A stretch of DNA of 64,000 nt from Dictyostelium discoideum (taxonomy: Eukaryota), in assembly GCA_000004695.1 (NCBI GenBank), contig CM000153.2:3264001-3328000 (forward strand), in the 5' to 3' direction. A program made the translations under genes and the position numbers. Positions 25,563 through 46,296 of this stretch are shown one piece after another; position 1 is the first letter of the stretch, and each line of letters opens with the position of its first letter. The notes beneath the pieces were generated by a model. That model worked only from the letters and a program-made list of their open reading frames with translations. It was not told where the DNA came from and searched no databases.

Positions 25563-26256
25563 ATGATACATAATTTATATTTAAAGATAATCATTCTTTT
25601 ATTAATAATAAATAATAATGTAAACTCACAAATAATTGATATTTATTTCAGTAATAGTTATGGTGATTTAAATGGTAATGGCACCATATCAAACCCATAT
25701 CAAAATTTATGTTTACTTAATCAAATTTTAAATTCAAATAATAATAATAATAACGATAATAACGATAATAAAAATAATTCAATAATAATAATAAATATTG
25801 ATTATGGTGATTACAATTTAAATTGTTCATCATTTTTAATAATAAATAACTTTAATAATATTTCATTCATACCTTATAATTCAAATAATAATAATAATAA
25901 TAATAATGGAATTGTAAATTTAAATAATTTAACCACATTAAAGATACTTAATTCAAATGTTAAATTCGATGGGTTAATTAAAATCACAATAACAATTATA
26001 GAAAATGAAACGGAAATTATAAATAGTGATATATTATTGAATAATGGGGTAACTCTTTATTTTATCAAAAATTACCAACTAACCAACAGTGAATTTCAAT
26101 GTTCAAGTATTAAATTTTCAAATTCAAAATTTATTTCAAATTGGTCACAAAATGATGTATCTATTTATTTTAATTCAGATTCCAGCTTATTTGAATTTCA
26201 AAATTCTTTAGTAGAAAATGTATTTTTAAAATTTAATAATATAAAAAATTGTAGTA

Positions 26257-26287
<31 letters not shown>

Positions 26288-29200
26288 GAATGAAATTAAT
26301 TTTTTAACATTTAATAATAGTAATATCAAAGATTGTTATTTTGCAACTAGTGGTTTAAATTCAATTTTTAATAATTCTTTATTAGATGGTTTAAAAATGA
26401 ATATTGGAGCAAGTAGTATAGTAACAATTCTCAACTCTAAATTATATGCAAAACCAGATTCTATTTTAGGAACTTTTCTAATTACCAATGTTGATCAAAG
26501 TACAAAACCATCAGTTTTAAATATAGTTAATTCAAATATTTACCATTTACAAGATTCTCGTTATTCATTAATTATGCTATTTATAAATTCATTTGTAAAT
26601 ATTAGTGGTTGTACAATTGAAGGTAGGGAAACAATAGTTCAAACACCAATTGTATTAATTGGAATACCAAATAGTAGTGGTGGTGGTGGTAATAATAATA
26701 ATCAAGTGATACTAGTTTTAGAGAATTCAAAGATTTCAAATTTAATTTCACCAAAAGATTTTATCAATTCATTTAGTTCTACCGTTATTATAAATAATGT
26801 TCAATTTTATTCAAATTCATTTTCAACAATTATTTCATCAAGAGGGTCAACTTCTTTTAATCTTTATAATATCATTATTACATGTGATCAAAGGAATATA
26901 TTTACATCAATTATTAAAATGCCATCATCGGAAAATGATTTATATTCAAATTTGACATCTTTTATAGATTTTAATAATGTTTATATGGGTTGTGTTGGTG
27001 GATTTGAATTTCAAAATTCAAAAATCCAAATTTCAAATTTTAGATTAGAATCATCTTCAAAACCTTCAATATTTAGTTTAATTTTAAATAGTGAATTAAC
27101 AATTATTAATGCCACTTTTATTTCAAGTATATTTGATCAATCTCCTTCAATTTTTTATATTAATTCAAGTAAATTAACAGTTTTACAAAGTGAATTCAAA
27201 GATAGTACCAACTCTATTCTATCTTTATATGGTGGTTCAACAGCAACCTTTCAATCAACCAATTTTTCAAGTATAATAACCTATGAAAGAGTTCCAATTT
27301 TTAATAGTAGTTCAAGTTCATTATTTATTGAAAATTGTAGTTTTTTTGAAATTCAAACTTCAGTTTCATCATTATTCAATTGTTTTGATTGTGATAATTT
27401 AACTATAAAGAATTCAATATTTGAAAGAGTTGGTGATATCATTTTAGATTGTTTCAATACAAAACTAATAATTATTGATTCTATAAATGTTTCAAATTGT
27501 AGTTCACAAACAGGTTTATTCTATTTTTCAAATAATAGAAATGGTAGTAGTATTATCACAAATTCTTCATTTATAAATAATCATGGTATCGGTGTTACAC
27601 TATTTAATATATTTGAATCAAATTTTGAAATTAGTTCAACAGATTTAATAGATAACACATTTTTATCAATATTTGATGAATCATTTTCAAATGTAACAAT
27701 TGAACGCATTTACGTTACAGGTACAACTGGAATTTTTTATTCTGCTTTAAATTCAATATCGATTTTAGTTGATGGTTTAGATTTTAAAGATAATTATGTC
27801 ACCTCTGTATTTACTATTAATCAAGCTAATAAAATTGAATTTTCAAATATAGCAATTTATAAAAACTATTTCATAGATGGTGTAAATGTTATGATGATTA
27901 GTCTTTGTACATTGGAAATCAATAATTTTAATTTTATGGAAAATGTTTTAATTGCACCACCTAAATCAGAACAAACTAGTGGTGGCGGTAGTGGTGGTAG
28001 TGGTAGTGTTGGTGGAGGATTAATTTTTCAAAATTCTAATGTCATTTTCAATGATTTACAAATTTTAAAAAATGAAATTTCAGTTAATTTATTTAATTGT
28101 ATTAACAATACATTATTATCAATTACAGGTGGTTTATTTCAAAATAATAAAGTTTCATCAAGTTTTATTTTTTCTGAAATTTCAGTAATCAATTTAATTA
28201 GAACACATCTATTGCATAATCAAGGTGATAGTTCAACTTTATTAATGTTGTATGCTTCAAACATCAATGTGAATTATTGTGAATTCTCTTTTAATAATAT
28301 TTATCAAAATGGTAGTGGCTCAATATTAAATTTTAAAAGAAACTTGGAAACACACGAGTATTTAGGAAACTTTCAAATTGAAAATACTTTATTCTCTTTA
28401 AATATTGCTAAATTTGGTCAATTATACTTTTCAGGTTATCCAAATGATCAAGATGCATTTACAAATAGCAAAAATACATTTTCAAATAATACACTAATTT
28501 CAAATCATGCATCTTCACAAGGTGGTGCTATCTTTACAGAAAATTTCATTTTCTCTTTAAATATTTCAAATATTTTAAATTCAAATCATTTCGATAATAA
28601 TACTTCATTATGTGGTGATAATTTCTCTTCAAGTATGTATTATTATTATTTTATTTTTGTTCATTTTTTGGCCAATCTAACTTTTTTTTTATTTTTTTTA
28701 TTAGGTTTAAAAGAAATTATTTTCATAGAAACTAATGATACATTTTTAGTAAATGGAGTTGGAACTATTATCAATTATAACGCAGTGGATTTTTATAATA
28801 ATACATTAACAACATTATCTTCACCAATTCAAATTAGTATTACACGTTTATCAAATAATGAAATTCAAACTTATTCAGAAGCAATTTTAAGTGGTAAAGG
28901 AAGTTTTTTACATACTTTTATAGGACCACTTTATGAAAGATTTAAAATTGAATTGTATCTCAAACCATATTATTCAAATGTTTATTTAACACTTGGTAAA
29001 TGTTTACCATTTCAATATATGAATAATTTAACATGTGAATATTGTCCAATAGGTTCATCATATAGTAATTCAATAGGTCAATGTTTAAAATGTAATCCTA
29101 ATGCAGTGACATGTGTTGGTTCATTTGTAAATGTAAATACTGGATATTATATGATCGATAATGAAATTTCAATGGTTGAACGATGTGCAAACGATATGTG

Positions 29201-30374
29201 TCTTTCAAATAATCAATGTCAATTTAAATATAGTTCAGGAGATTTATGTTTCAGTTGTTTAGATCCAGACTCATCAACACCAACATTCATAGCAGCTAAA
29301 CATGGAATTAATTGCTGTTCCCAATTTAAAGAATGGTTAATTGTACCATTATTATTATTATATTTAGTTTCAGCATTAGTTCTCTCAATAATTAAATTAA
29401 ATTTATTCACAGAAACAACAATAATTGGACCAATAATAGTATTCCTTCAAATTAATTCAGTAGTTTTCTTTTCTTATAATGGTATTTACATTTTATCATT
29501 CTTTAGAGTATCATTAGATATTTTAGATGGAATTTGTATTTTCAAAGGATTAAATCATGGAAATAAAACATTAATTACACTATCAATAATAATAATAATG
29601 TTTTTAATTTCTTCAAGTGATTGGCTCCCTTTATGGTTATTTAGAAAATTAAATTCAAATTTTAAGTTATACAATTATTTAAAAAGAAATTTAAAAAAGT
29701 ATAGAAATTTAAAGAAATCATCAACAACTCAGTTTAATTACTTTATTAGATCAAGATGGCAATTATTTCAAATCTTTATTATACCATTAATATTCAATTC
29801 ATTTACATTGATAATACCAAAGAAAATTAAAGATCAAACATTATTATTAGTAGATTTTTCAATTTTATTTGGATCATGGCAGAGTATAATTCAAATTTTC
29901 ATTTCAGTTTTAATATTATCATTGGTAGTTTTAGTTATAATAATAAAACATTTCTATTACAGCAACAAAAAAAATCAATGGAATATTAATCTTAAGCAAA
30001 ATGGAAAGACATTATCTTTTAAAAGAATTTTATTAGTAGTTAAAACAATTTGTTTCATCTTTCTTTTAGGTTCATGGGATTTTATTATTATAAGATCATT
30101 TTTATTTTCAATTTTATCAATAGCTTTGATATTTAGCGATGGTAATTTATTTTTACCATCAATTATTTTAATACAAATCATTTATTCAATTATTCAATTT
30201 TTGTTGAATCCTTTCAAAAAAAAGGTTCATAATCTTATTAATTTAATCCAACTTATAATCTTTTTTTTTGCAGACTCAAGTTTATTCCACCCAATTACTC
30301 CTTTCGCTTTGGGATTAATGCTAACTATTTTAATTATTATTTCCCCTTTTTTTATAGCAATTGGAAATAAATAA
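25563..30374 (+). CDS. Paralog B of the same family (1579 aa); exons 25563..28632 and 28705..30374. The 72-nt intron has no stop and is a multiple of 3, so the ORF track shows one fused 1603-aa ORF.
   Basis: MIHNLYLKIIILLLIINNNVNS|QIIDIYFSNSYGDLNGNGTISNPYQNLCLLNQ.... The last roughly 550 nt of exon 1 and exon 2 are almost identical at nucleotide level to paralogs A and C; the central region is diverged. Intron position is conserved (TCA A|GTATGT ... TTATTAG|GT). Confidence 0.75.
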
Positions 30375-30413
30375 AAAAAAGTAATAAAAGAAATAAATAT
30401 TTTTTAAAAAGTT

Positions 30414-30475
<62 letters not shown>

Positions 30476-30536
30476 TTGGATGTTGCTTTTTTGCACATTT
30501 TTTAAATTTTTTTATCCCTTTGAATAAGCTAAGAGT

Positions 30537-31008
30537 TTATTTTATAAAACATAATTCACTAATTTCTAAATAATTTATATGGGTTTGATTTTGTTTTAAT
30601 CCTATTATATTAGCATCGCTATTTATATATTGATAAATTTTGCCTTGAAATTTTGGTTTTTCATGATAATGGCTTAAACAAGAATCAGTTTTAGGTTTTT
30701 TATAATCATAGAAATATAATTTTTCAAGTGATTTTGGAAGATTTGAAAAATCGATTTTATCTTTTTTAAATTTTAAATAAATATCTTTATAAGATAATTT
30801 TAGTTTTTTTAAAGTTTGTGGTAATTTATTTGTTTCTATTAAATCTTTAAATGTATTAAATGCTGTTTTTATTTCAAAAACATTTCTATCAGAATTTAAA
30901 AATGAAAGAGATGTTAATGATTTTGGTAAAAATAAAAGATCATTTTCAAAAGTCCATTGTATATTTAATTTAATTAAATTATCTGGAAATATTGATTTTA
31001 ATAATGAA

Positions 31009-31060
<52 letters not shown>

Positions 31061-32158
31061 TTTGAGATTTATATTGATTTAACTCATTTTTTAAAATGAA
31101 TCTATTAAAAATCAACAATGAAGATATGTAATAAAATGATTTATAATATTTAAAAAAATTTTCAACATAAATATTTAATTTAAATAATGATGGTGGAAAG
31201 AAGTTTATAATATTAATGTTTTTCTTTATCCAACAATAATTTGTTTGAATGATAAGAGTATGAAGTCCTTGGGGTAATGAATTTGAGCAGAATTTGAAAA
31301 TAATACCCCAACTTTTAATTTTAATTGCTGATATTTTTAATACTTTTAAACATTTTGGTAAATAATTTTTTTTTATTGTAAATTTGTCTCTTAAAATATT
31401 GTGAAAGTGAAGATATGTAATGTTTGTGTTATAAAAAAAATTAGAATTAAAATATCTTGATAATGGTGTAACTATTATTAGTTTCTCTAGTGATTTTGGA
31501 AATGAATTTTTTTTAATTATAACTGGTTGAATATCATAAATGTCTGGGGAACCAATTTCTAATTCTTTTAATTTTGGAGGAATAAAATTTTTTTTGAAAA
31601 TTGGGAAAAAACTACAACCAGTATTAAAACTCAATTGAATTTTTTCGATTGTATTATTCTTTTTAAATATTTTTAATTTTCTATTTTTAAAATATTCTTT
31701 TTTTAAAAAAAAAAAAAAATATTAATAAAAATAAAAAACACCAAATAATTTATAAAAATTTATTTACCACTCCCATTATTTCCAATATTAATAAAAAATG
31801 ACAATGATTTTGTAGATTTTGGTAAATATTTAATTAATTTTAAATTTGCTGTATTTGGTAAAATTATGGTTTCAATTTTATCAGATTTAATTAAAAAATT
31901 TTTAATTATTGTATTTTTTAAATCTAAAATATGTATTGATCTGATATTAGTAAGAGATAATGATATTATATTGGCTTTTATTATTAATTTAAAAGCATAA
32001 TCGATTTCAATATTATTTAATAAATTATTTAATTGATTGGAAACTAGTAAAACTCTATTTTTTTTATATAAATAAACATATCTAAAAATATTATTATTAA
32101 TTACTAAATTTCTCCAAACTTTAAAAAATAAATTATCCATTTTATATTTTATATACAA
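30537..32158 (-). CDS. FNIP-like / leucine-rich repeat protein with degenerate LPxSLxxL repeats (516 aa); exons 31768..32158 and 30537..31696 (71-nt intron, donor AGT G|GTAAAT, acceptor AAAAAG|AA)
   Basis: MDNLFFKVWRNLVINNNIFRYVYLYKK (same N-terminal FFK(I/V)WRN box as the FNIP gene at 7863..10196). Repeats YLPKSTKSLSF, FPKSLEKLII, YLPKCLKVLKI, LPQGLHTLII, FPPSLFKLNI, FPDNLIKLNI, LPKSLTSLSF, LPQTLKKLKL, LPKSLEKLYF. Internal poly-Asn. Confidence 0.6.
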
Positions 32159-32619
32159 ATAAATACATATTATAAAAAAAAGTGGAAAAAAGAAAAAGGG
32201 TGTGGTAAATAATAAAAAAAAAAAAAAAAAAAAAATTTTTGTATGACCCTTTCAAAATCTCTTTTAAAATTCCTTTTAAACACTATAGATCGAAAAAAAT
32301 TTTTTACTTTTTTTATTATTTAAAATAATTGTTGTAGGGAATTTTCAATAAAATTTCACTGCCCAGCGCAGTGAATTTTATTATTTAATTTCACTACACT
32401 TGCGCAGTGAAAAAAAAAATCGCTGACCCTAAATTTTTTTTTTTTTCAAAAAACAAATAAAGTTTATTAAATTATTATCTTTTATTAGTTTTTTAAACTT
32501 TTGTTTTATCAACCAAATAATGGTTATGAAATATAAACCCATAGAATTTTAAATGAAGTGAGTATTCATTTTTTTAAATTTAATAGTATTATAAATTAAT
32601 TTTAAAATTATTTTAGGGT

Positions 32620-32687
<68 letters not shown>

Positions 32688-33333
32688 AAAAAAAAAAAAA
32701 AAAAAAAAAAAATAAATAAATAAAAAATGAAGGAGAAACAAACTCACAAATAAATGTACCATTAATTTTTGGTTTTTGCAATAGGTCTAATTCTAGTTAT
32801 ATTAATTTTGTTTTTAGTGTAATATTAATTTCCTATTATTATTATTTGATTTGATTTGATTTTATATTATTTATTTATTTATTTTTTTTTTTTTCTTTTT
32901 CTTTTTTTTTTTCTTTTTTTGTACTCCTTTATCTTATTAAAATAAAAATAAAATTACACATTAAATAGTTTACCTTTTGCTTTCAAATTTTAATTTGTTT
33001 ATTTTTATATTTATTTTTTTTTTTTTTTTCAACTGTTTTGGCCAATATTTTTTTTTTTTTTTTTTTTTTTTTTCCCACCACTTTTTTTTTCCTCATATGG
33101 AAATAAAATAAAAATTAAAGTAATGGCTAAAAATAAAAAAAAAAAAAATAAAAAAAATAAAAAAAAGTAAAAAAAAATGAAAAAAATAAAAAAAATAAAA
33201 AAAAAAAATTCGGTGTAAAGAAAAGTAGTTGTAATATCCAATTAAAAAAAAAAAAAAATAATAAAAAAAAAAAAAAATTCCCAATACAAAAAAAAAAAAA
33301 TCAAATTAACACTAATTCACACATAAATGGAGA

Positions 33334-38185
<4,852 letters not shown>

Positions 38186-38459
38186 ATTTTTGTCAAATAA
38201 TAAAAAAAATTATTATCACTTAATTTTTCATTTAAATTGTTTCAACAATTATATTTAATTTGTTCGATATAATTACAAATTGAGAATCTTTTGTTGAAGA
38301 TAATTTGAAGTTTTATTTTAATTTTTATTTTTATATTTTTATTATTATAATTATTATTATTATAATTATTATTATTATTTTTAAATTATTCAACCTTATT
38401 GAAAAAGAAAATTTTATTGAAAAAGAAAATTTTATTGAAAAATAAATTCTTTGAATAAA

Positions 38460-40636
38460 TTATTTGATTATTTGTTTTGTTTTGTTTTTCATTTTTGAGA
38501 AAAGATCAATTTCAACAGCTTCACTTTTGTAATGACTACTCTGTTTGAGTTTAATTTGATTTTGGATGATATAGCCTACATTTGGTAAAGTAAGTAGTTT
38601 ATCAAATGTAGCGAATATTTCTTTTTGAGTCTTAACAGATGCTTTATTATTTTGGACATTATGTTTTATTTCTTCAACACTTGCTTTATATTCACTTAAG
38701 TGTTCATTGAGTTTTTGAATTAATTCTTGCGAGTTTTCAGAATTTTCCAATTGCTTTATTTGCATGTTGATATAATCTTCATAGTAACGATTAAATTTAA
38801 TTAATGAATGGTGCCACAAGAATACTGAAAAGTCAACAATTGCAGTCTTAATAGTATCATATTCTTCTTGGAATTGTATTTTTCTTTCTCCCATTTTTGT
38901 AACTAACAACTCCCTCTCATTAAATATTTCACTCTTTGTTCTTTGACCTATTGTTTTTTTATCAGTGCCTGGTAATTGATTGAGTTGAGGTGTTTCTTTG
39001 ATAGTAACTACTTGATGATCAAACCATAAACAAGGAAGTACTCCAGTGTTTGAACATTTTTTGCAAGTTCCCATCTTATTAATATTATCACACCAATAAA
39101 GTGAAGAATACCATTTTGGAGAAACAACATCAATGTTACAAGGATTATCGGTATTACTAGAGCATCCATTCTTTGTGCAAACCAATAGACTGTTTTCCAA
39201 TTTTTCCGCTATCACCACAGATACTGGAATGTATAATAATGATTCATCACCAATACTATTGTTCCTCAACTTTTCAGATTGTTGCTCCATTAATTTAATG
39301 TTGGTATTAATATTTGAAATACATGTTGACATTGGTTGAGCTAAATTGGAAATCATTGTTCTTGCATTATTTATACAAATTGTATTTGCAACATCATGTG
39401 GTTGAACTTTTGATATCTCTTCTAATAATCTTTTAAATTCTTTTGATGATCTATCCCAACTTCTACCAAAATCAAACTCATCATCTTCTGAAAAATTAGT
39501 TTCAATACCAGCAGTAGCATTATATTTTTTAACGGCTAAATAATTAAAAGATTCATTATCAAAACAAAATGTTTTTTCATTAGCATTTATTTCAATATCT
39601 GATTGATCTTTCATTTTTTTTAAATGATCCTCTAGGATGGCTCTTGTTGGACCTGGTTTATACATTGTACCTCTTGTATGAGTGAAACAAAAGAAAATAT
39701 TATCTTTTGCACTTGAATGTAAATGTAGTAATAATTGATTCAAACAATATTTGAATAAAACAGTGGCTCTAGTTTCATCTGGACGCATTAAAATACAAAT
39801 TGCATTTAACTTTTTTAATGATGAAATTTCGTGTAGGATATTCTCAAAATGTTTATTATCTTGCAATGTACCTTGTGGATCACCGACACCTGGAGCATCA
39901 ATTAAACAAAGTGTTTTACCATCTGGTAATTTAATTCTATATTGTCTTGAATACTGTGTAACTGAAGAGCCAATTTTGTAATCTTCAACATCTCCAAGTG
40001 AAAATTTATGAGTTTTATTTTCATCTTGAATTTCAATTTTTGAGGCAATTGTATAGATTTGTTCTAATGTTGCGTTTTCAAGTGCATCTTTTAAATTTGA
40101 ATACTCGATATAATTAACCACCATATTAACAAACGTTGATTTACCAACACCAGTTATACCAATTAAAAGTAGATAGATTGTATCCTTGTCATCATCAATC
40201 AAACCATTAACTTTATTAATAAGTAATGATGAATTTCCAATTGTTTTACCTCTATTTGATGAACAAGAATCTGGTGCTTTGGTTAATGGAAGTATTGAAT
40301 TTTTTAATATAGATAAATTTTCTTGAAATCCATTTGCTAATAAATTATATTCAAACTCATCATCTTTTTAAAATAATTTTAAATATATTAGTTTTTTTAT
40401 TTTTATTTTTATTTTATTTTAATTTTTTTTTTTATTTATTTTTTTTTTTTTTTTTTAAATTTTGTCTTACATTGTATAAAATTTTGGATCTCCCCAAAAT
40501 CTATATATCTTTCTTCTTGAGTTAATTTATTTTTAATGGTCACTCTGTTCTTAACATCATCTTTTGAAATTTCAAAAAACCTTCCGTTTGACTCCAAATG
40601 ATGTCTTAAAACAATGATTGCATAATCCAAATCCAT
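38460..40636 (-). CDS. P-loop GTPase (septin/AIG1/MMR_HSR1-like G domain lacking NKxD) with a C-terminal Cys-cluster and coiled-coil tail, paralog 1 (689 aa); exons 40471..40636 and 38460..40363 (107-nt intron, donor CAA T|GTAAGA)
   Basis: Exon 1 translates to MDLDYAIIVLRHHLESNGRFFEISKDDVKNRVTIKNKLTQEERYIDFGEIQNFIQ. Exon 2 translates to ...GNSSLLINKVNGLIDDDKDTIYLLLIGITGVGKSTFVNMVVNYI (G1) ... YRIKLPDGKTLCLIDAPGVGDPQG (G3) ... CTKNGCSSNTDNPCNIDVVSPKWYSSLYWCDNINKMGTCKKCSNTGVLPCLWFDH. Exon 1 is homologous to the N-terminus of paralog 2 (MNINNKISIIKKHLELNDRLYEVTEDNENKRVCLKNKLTLEEKFVNFDEINN). Confidence 0.7.
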
Positions 40637-41176
40637 ATCTTTTTTTTTTTTTTTTTTTTGGGTGTTATTTTATAAAAAAAAAAAAAAAAAAAAAAAAATG
40701 AATGAAAGAAAATTTTTAGTGGTGAAAAAAAAAAAAAAAAATTAAAAAAAAGAACTTAATTTTTTAAGAAAAAACATTGTCCAACTTTTAAAAAAAAATT
40801 AAAAAAATAAAAATTATTTAATTTTTTAAGAAAGATTTTGATGAAAAAAAGATTTTGGTGAAAAAAAGATTTTGATGAAAAAAAGATATTTTTTTTTTTT
40901 TTTTTGTAAAAGTAAAAATGGTTGGTCATTTTTTTTTTTTATTTTATTTATTTAATTTTTAAAAAAAGGTATGAGATTTAAGGTTGTGATTAGAAAAATA
41001 TTTCAAAATTTGGAAAAAGCTTTAAAACTTTAATAGTTTTCAGATTTAACTTTATCAGATCGCCATTGGTAACCAATCATGTTTCCAGTAGTTAACATTG
41101 GTTGGTTGTTTGCAAAAGGGCTTCTGAGTATCTTCTGTTGAATTTGATGAACGGCATACGTTTATTCTCTTGTTCT

Positions 41177-41212
<36 letters not shown>

Positions 41213-41627
41213 GGAAAAAAAAAAAAAAAAAAAAAACCCCCAAAAAAAAAAAAAAAGAAAAATAAAAATCCGTTTTTTGAGCCGGAATTAAAAAAAAATA
41301 AAAAAAAAAACAAATTAAAATAATATTTTCGTGATAACCCAAACATTATTGAAAGGCCAAAAGATTTCGAGAAGATGAAAAATAAAAAATATTTTTGGGT
41401 TAACTATAGCCACTTTACGTTTTGGCTTGCGACATAATGTGATTGTGTTTTCAGTGGTTGATGATGATGAATTTGTATATAAAAATGTTAAGGTGGACAA
41501 CAGATTAAAGGGTAAATTTTAATTGAAAAAAAAAATAATAAAAAAAAAAGTATCATGACTACTACAAAAGTAGAAGATATTGACAACAAAAAAAATGTCA
41601 AAACAATTATAATAAAATTAAGGTTTG

Positions 41628-43876
<2,249 letters not shown>

Positions 43877-44404
43877 TTATAAAGTTTATTTTTTAACCAA
43901 CACTTTGGTTTGTTTTTTTTTTTTTTATTTATTTATTTTTGTTTTTTTTTATTTTATACTTTTTTTTTTTAATGTGTTTGGAAAAATAAAAAAAAAATAA
44001 AAATAAAAAAAAAATAAAATATCTGTTCATTTTTATTTATTTAATTTTTTAAGAAAATGTTATCCGTTCATTTTTGTTTATTTATTATTTTAAGAAAATT
44101 TAAATAAGGAAAATGAAAAAAAGTGGTGTCACACACAAGTTTTGGCATGGATAAAAATAAAAATAAAATTTAAATATTTAAATAAAAAAAAAAATGAAAA
44201 TAAATTTGGTAATTAAAAAATATAAAAAAATAAAAAATTCAAAAAAAAAAAAAAATTTCGTTTTTTTTAAAATCTTTCGTTTTTTAATTTTTTTTTTTTT
44301 TTTTTTAATTTTATTTTTATTTTATTTTTTCATTTTTTTTTTATTTTTTTTTTTTTTTTAATCAACTCCTATACACACAAGCATTAATAAACTCAAATTA
44401 AAGA

Positions 44405-44952
44405 ATGAAGATTTTAACACACAATATGATGGCTTGCACTAAAAAGCAATGTATGGGTAAAGGTTTCCCATTAAAAGTAGAAAGCACAGAACAAATTGTA
44501 TTAGAACAAGAATTCAACTATGAATTCACTAAAAATATATATCCAAAACTTGATTGGTTAGGAATTGCTGAAATCTCAATAAAATTTAATATACCAATTC
44601 AATTAGATACAACAAAACATTCTTTAGAAGATGAAGAATTTTTAAAAACTTTACATAATTTACTTTGTAATGTAAGAATCAATATATAAATATATACTCA
44701 CTCACTCACTCACTCACTCACTCACTCACTCACTCACTCACTCACTCACTCACTCACTCACTCACTCACTCACTCACTCATCTAAATAACTTTACTAACA
44801 CATAAATACTTTTTATTAATTTTATTATATAGCTTAAAGTTATTACAGGTAGTTTAACATGTCCAAATTGTCAAAGAGTTTATCCAATTGATAAAGGTAT
44901 TCCAAATATGTTATTAAGAGAAGATGAAATTTATCAAGAAATTAAAGAATAA
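44405..44952 (+). CDS. trm112: TRM112 (multifunctional methyltransferase activator subunit), 128 aa; exons 44405..44671 and 44833..44952
   Basis: [89 protein letters not shown] | [39 protein letters not shown]. This matches Trm112p recalled from memory (MKLLTHN..GFPL.....FLR..HHLL.EV.V.EG.L.CPE.GR.FPI..GIPNMLL.E.E). Donor AAT|GTAAGA, acceptor TATATAG|CTT. Confidence 0.85.
44697..44780. repeat. (CTCA)21 tetranucleotide microsatellite inside the trm112 intron
   Basis: Direct read; 84 nt of perfect CTCA repeats. Confidence 0.95.
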
Positions 44953-44998
44953 ACTTTTTTTTTTTGTGTGTGATATTATAATATATGAAAGTTTTATT

Positions 44999-45805
44999 TT
45001 ATTTATTATTATTATTATCTTGTTGTGTTGTTGATCTTGATTTACCTTTTAAATCTAAAACTACAGTATTATCTCTTTCATTATTTTTTTGAATGATTAT
45101 TTTCTTTTCTTCTTCAGTGATTTCTTTAAGTGGACTTAATGATTTTAAAATTTTTGAAAAAGTAATTGGATCTTCGTTATCATTATTACTATTATTGAAA
45201 GCAGGATCACTCATTCTATTATCAATACCTTCCATAAGTTTATCATATAAATTTTGATCACGAATTGATAATTCAATATTATGATTTTTGTTTTTATTAT
45301 CTTCTACTAATACTTTTAATTCGGTTATATCTGCAATTATATTTTTATTGATACTATCTTTGTATATCTTTTTATGTGCCATATGACCTAATGCACCGAA
45401 AATACCTCCACAAAACATACCTTGAATAAAACGTCCACGTGCTAATATATGTGATGTTGTACCACCGATAATGAGACCGCTAAGTGTCCATGATGACATT
45501 GGTGGTAATAAAAGATTATATTGAAGTACATGTAAAGTTGATGCAAATGTTGTACCTATAAATGTTAAATTTAATACTGATTTCATAAATGAACCAACTG
45601 GTTCAACTCCTCTACCTCTAAATATTAATGGTGTAACTAAACCAACACCAACTCCACATAAAAATCCTGTCTTTGTACCTTGTAAAACACTATCACCAAT
45701 TGATGGTGCTTTTGGATGTAATAATATTCTAATTCTATCTGTTACAATTTTCTTTTCTTTATTATCATTTTCAATATTATTATTATTATCTTTATTTGAT
45801 TCCAT
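44999..45805 (-). CDS. Tim17/Tim22/Tim23-family mitochondrial inner-membrane protein (Tim17-like) with a long hydrophilic C-terminal extension (268 aa)
   Basis: ...TGFLCGVGVGLVTPLIFRGRGVEPVGSFMKSVLNLTFIGTTFASTLHVLQ...SSWTLSGLIIGGTTSHILARGRFIQGMFCGGIFGALGHMAH matches the Tim17 pattern G..G-rich TM1 ... W.S..SG...G.......G..........GGI..AL. Family assignment is from motif recall, not a search. Confidence 0.5.
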   Translation of the reverse strand: MESNKDNNNNIENDNKEKKIVTDRIRILLHPKAPSIGDSVLQGTKTGFLCGVGVGLVTPLIFRGRGVEPVGSFMKSVLNLTFIGTTFASTLHVLQYNLLLPPMSSWTLSGLIIGGTTSHILARGRFIQGMFCGGIFGALGHMAHKKIYKDSINKNIIADITELKVLVEDNKNKNHNIELSIRDQNLYDKLMEGIDNRMSDPAFNNSNNDNEDPITFSKILKSLSPLKEITEEEKKIIIQKNNERDNTVVLDLKGKSRSTTQQDNNNNK

Positions 45806-46152
45806 TTTATTTTAATTATTTAAAAAATAAAAATAAGAAAAAAAAAAATAAAAAAAAAAAAAGTGAAAGGGGGAGCGAATGAAAATTTTTATTTTTTTTT
45901 TATTTTTTTTTATTTTTTTTTGGTTGATTAAAAAAGCAATGAAATAAAAATAAAATTTCAAATAAAGAACCAAATAAAAATAAAAAGGAATTAAATACAA
46001 TTAAGATTTTAATTATAATAAAATATAAAAAAAAAAGAAAGTTATTAAAAATCTTTATTTTTTTATTTTTATTTTTTTTTTTTATTTTTTTTTTTTTTTT
46101 TATTTTTTTTTTTCCAAAAATTTGCCTCTCAAAAAAATTTTTTTCTTTTTTT

Positions 46153-46192
<40 letters not shown>

Positions 46193-46296
46193 AAAAATTT
46201 TTTAATTTACAATTATTTGTTATCCCCATTAAGCCAATTAAAAAAAAAATTAAAAATATTAATTTATATATTGTATATATAGGGTAGGTTAAAAGA

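Noticed and set aside
41040-41520. Moderately GC-rich patches between the two GTPase paralogs (41040-41170, 41330-41500), considered as exons or a ncRNA
   Set aside because: There is no open frame with homology and no tRNA or snRNA-like structure I could recognise. They may be UTR or promoter sequence of the flanking genes; left unannotated.
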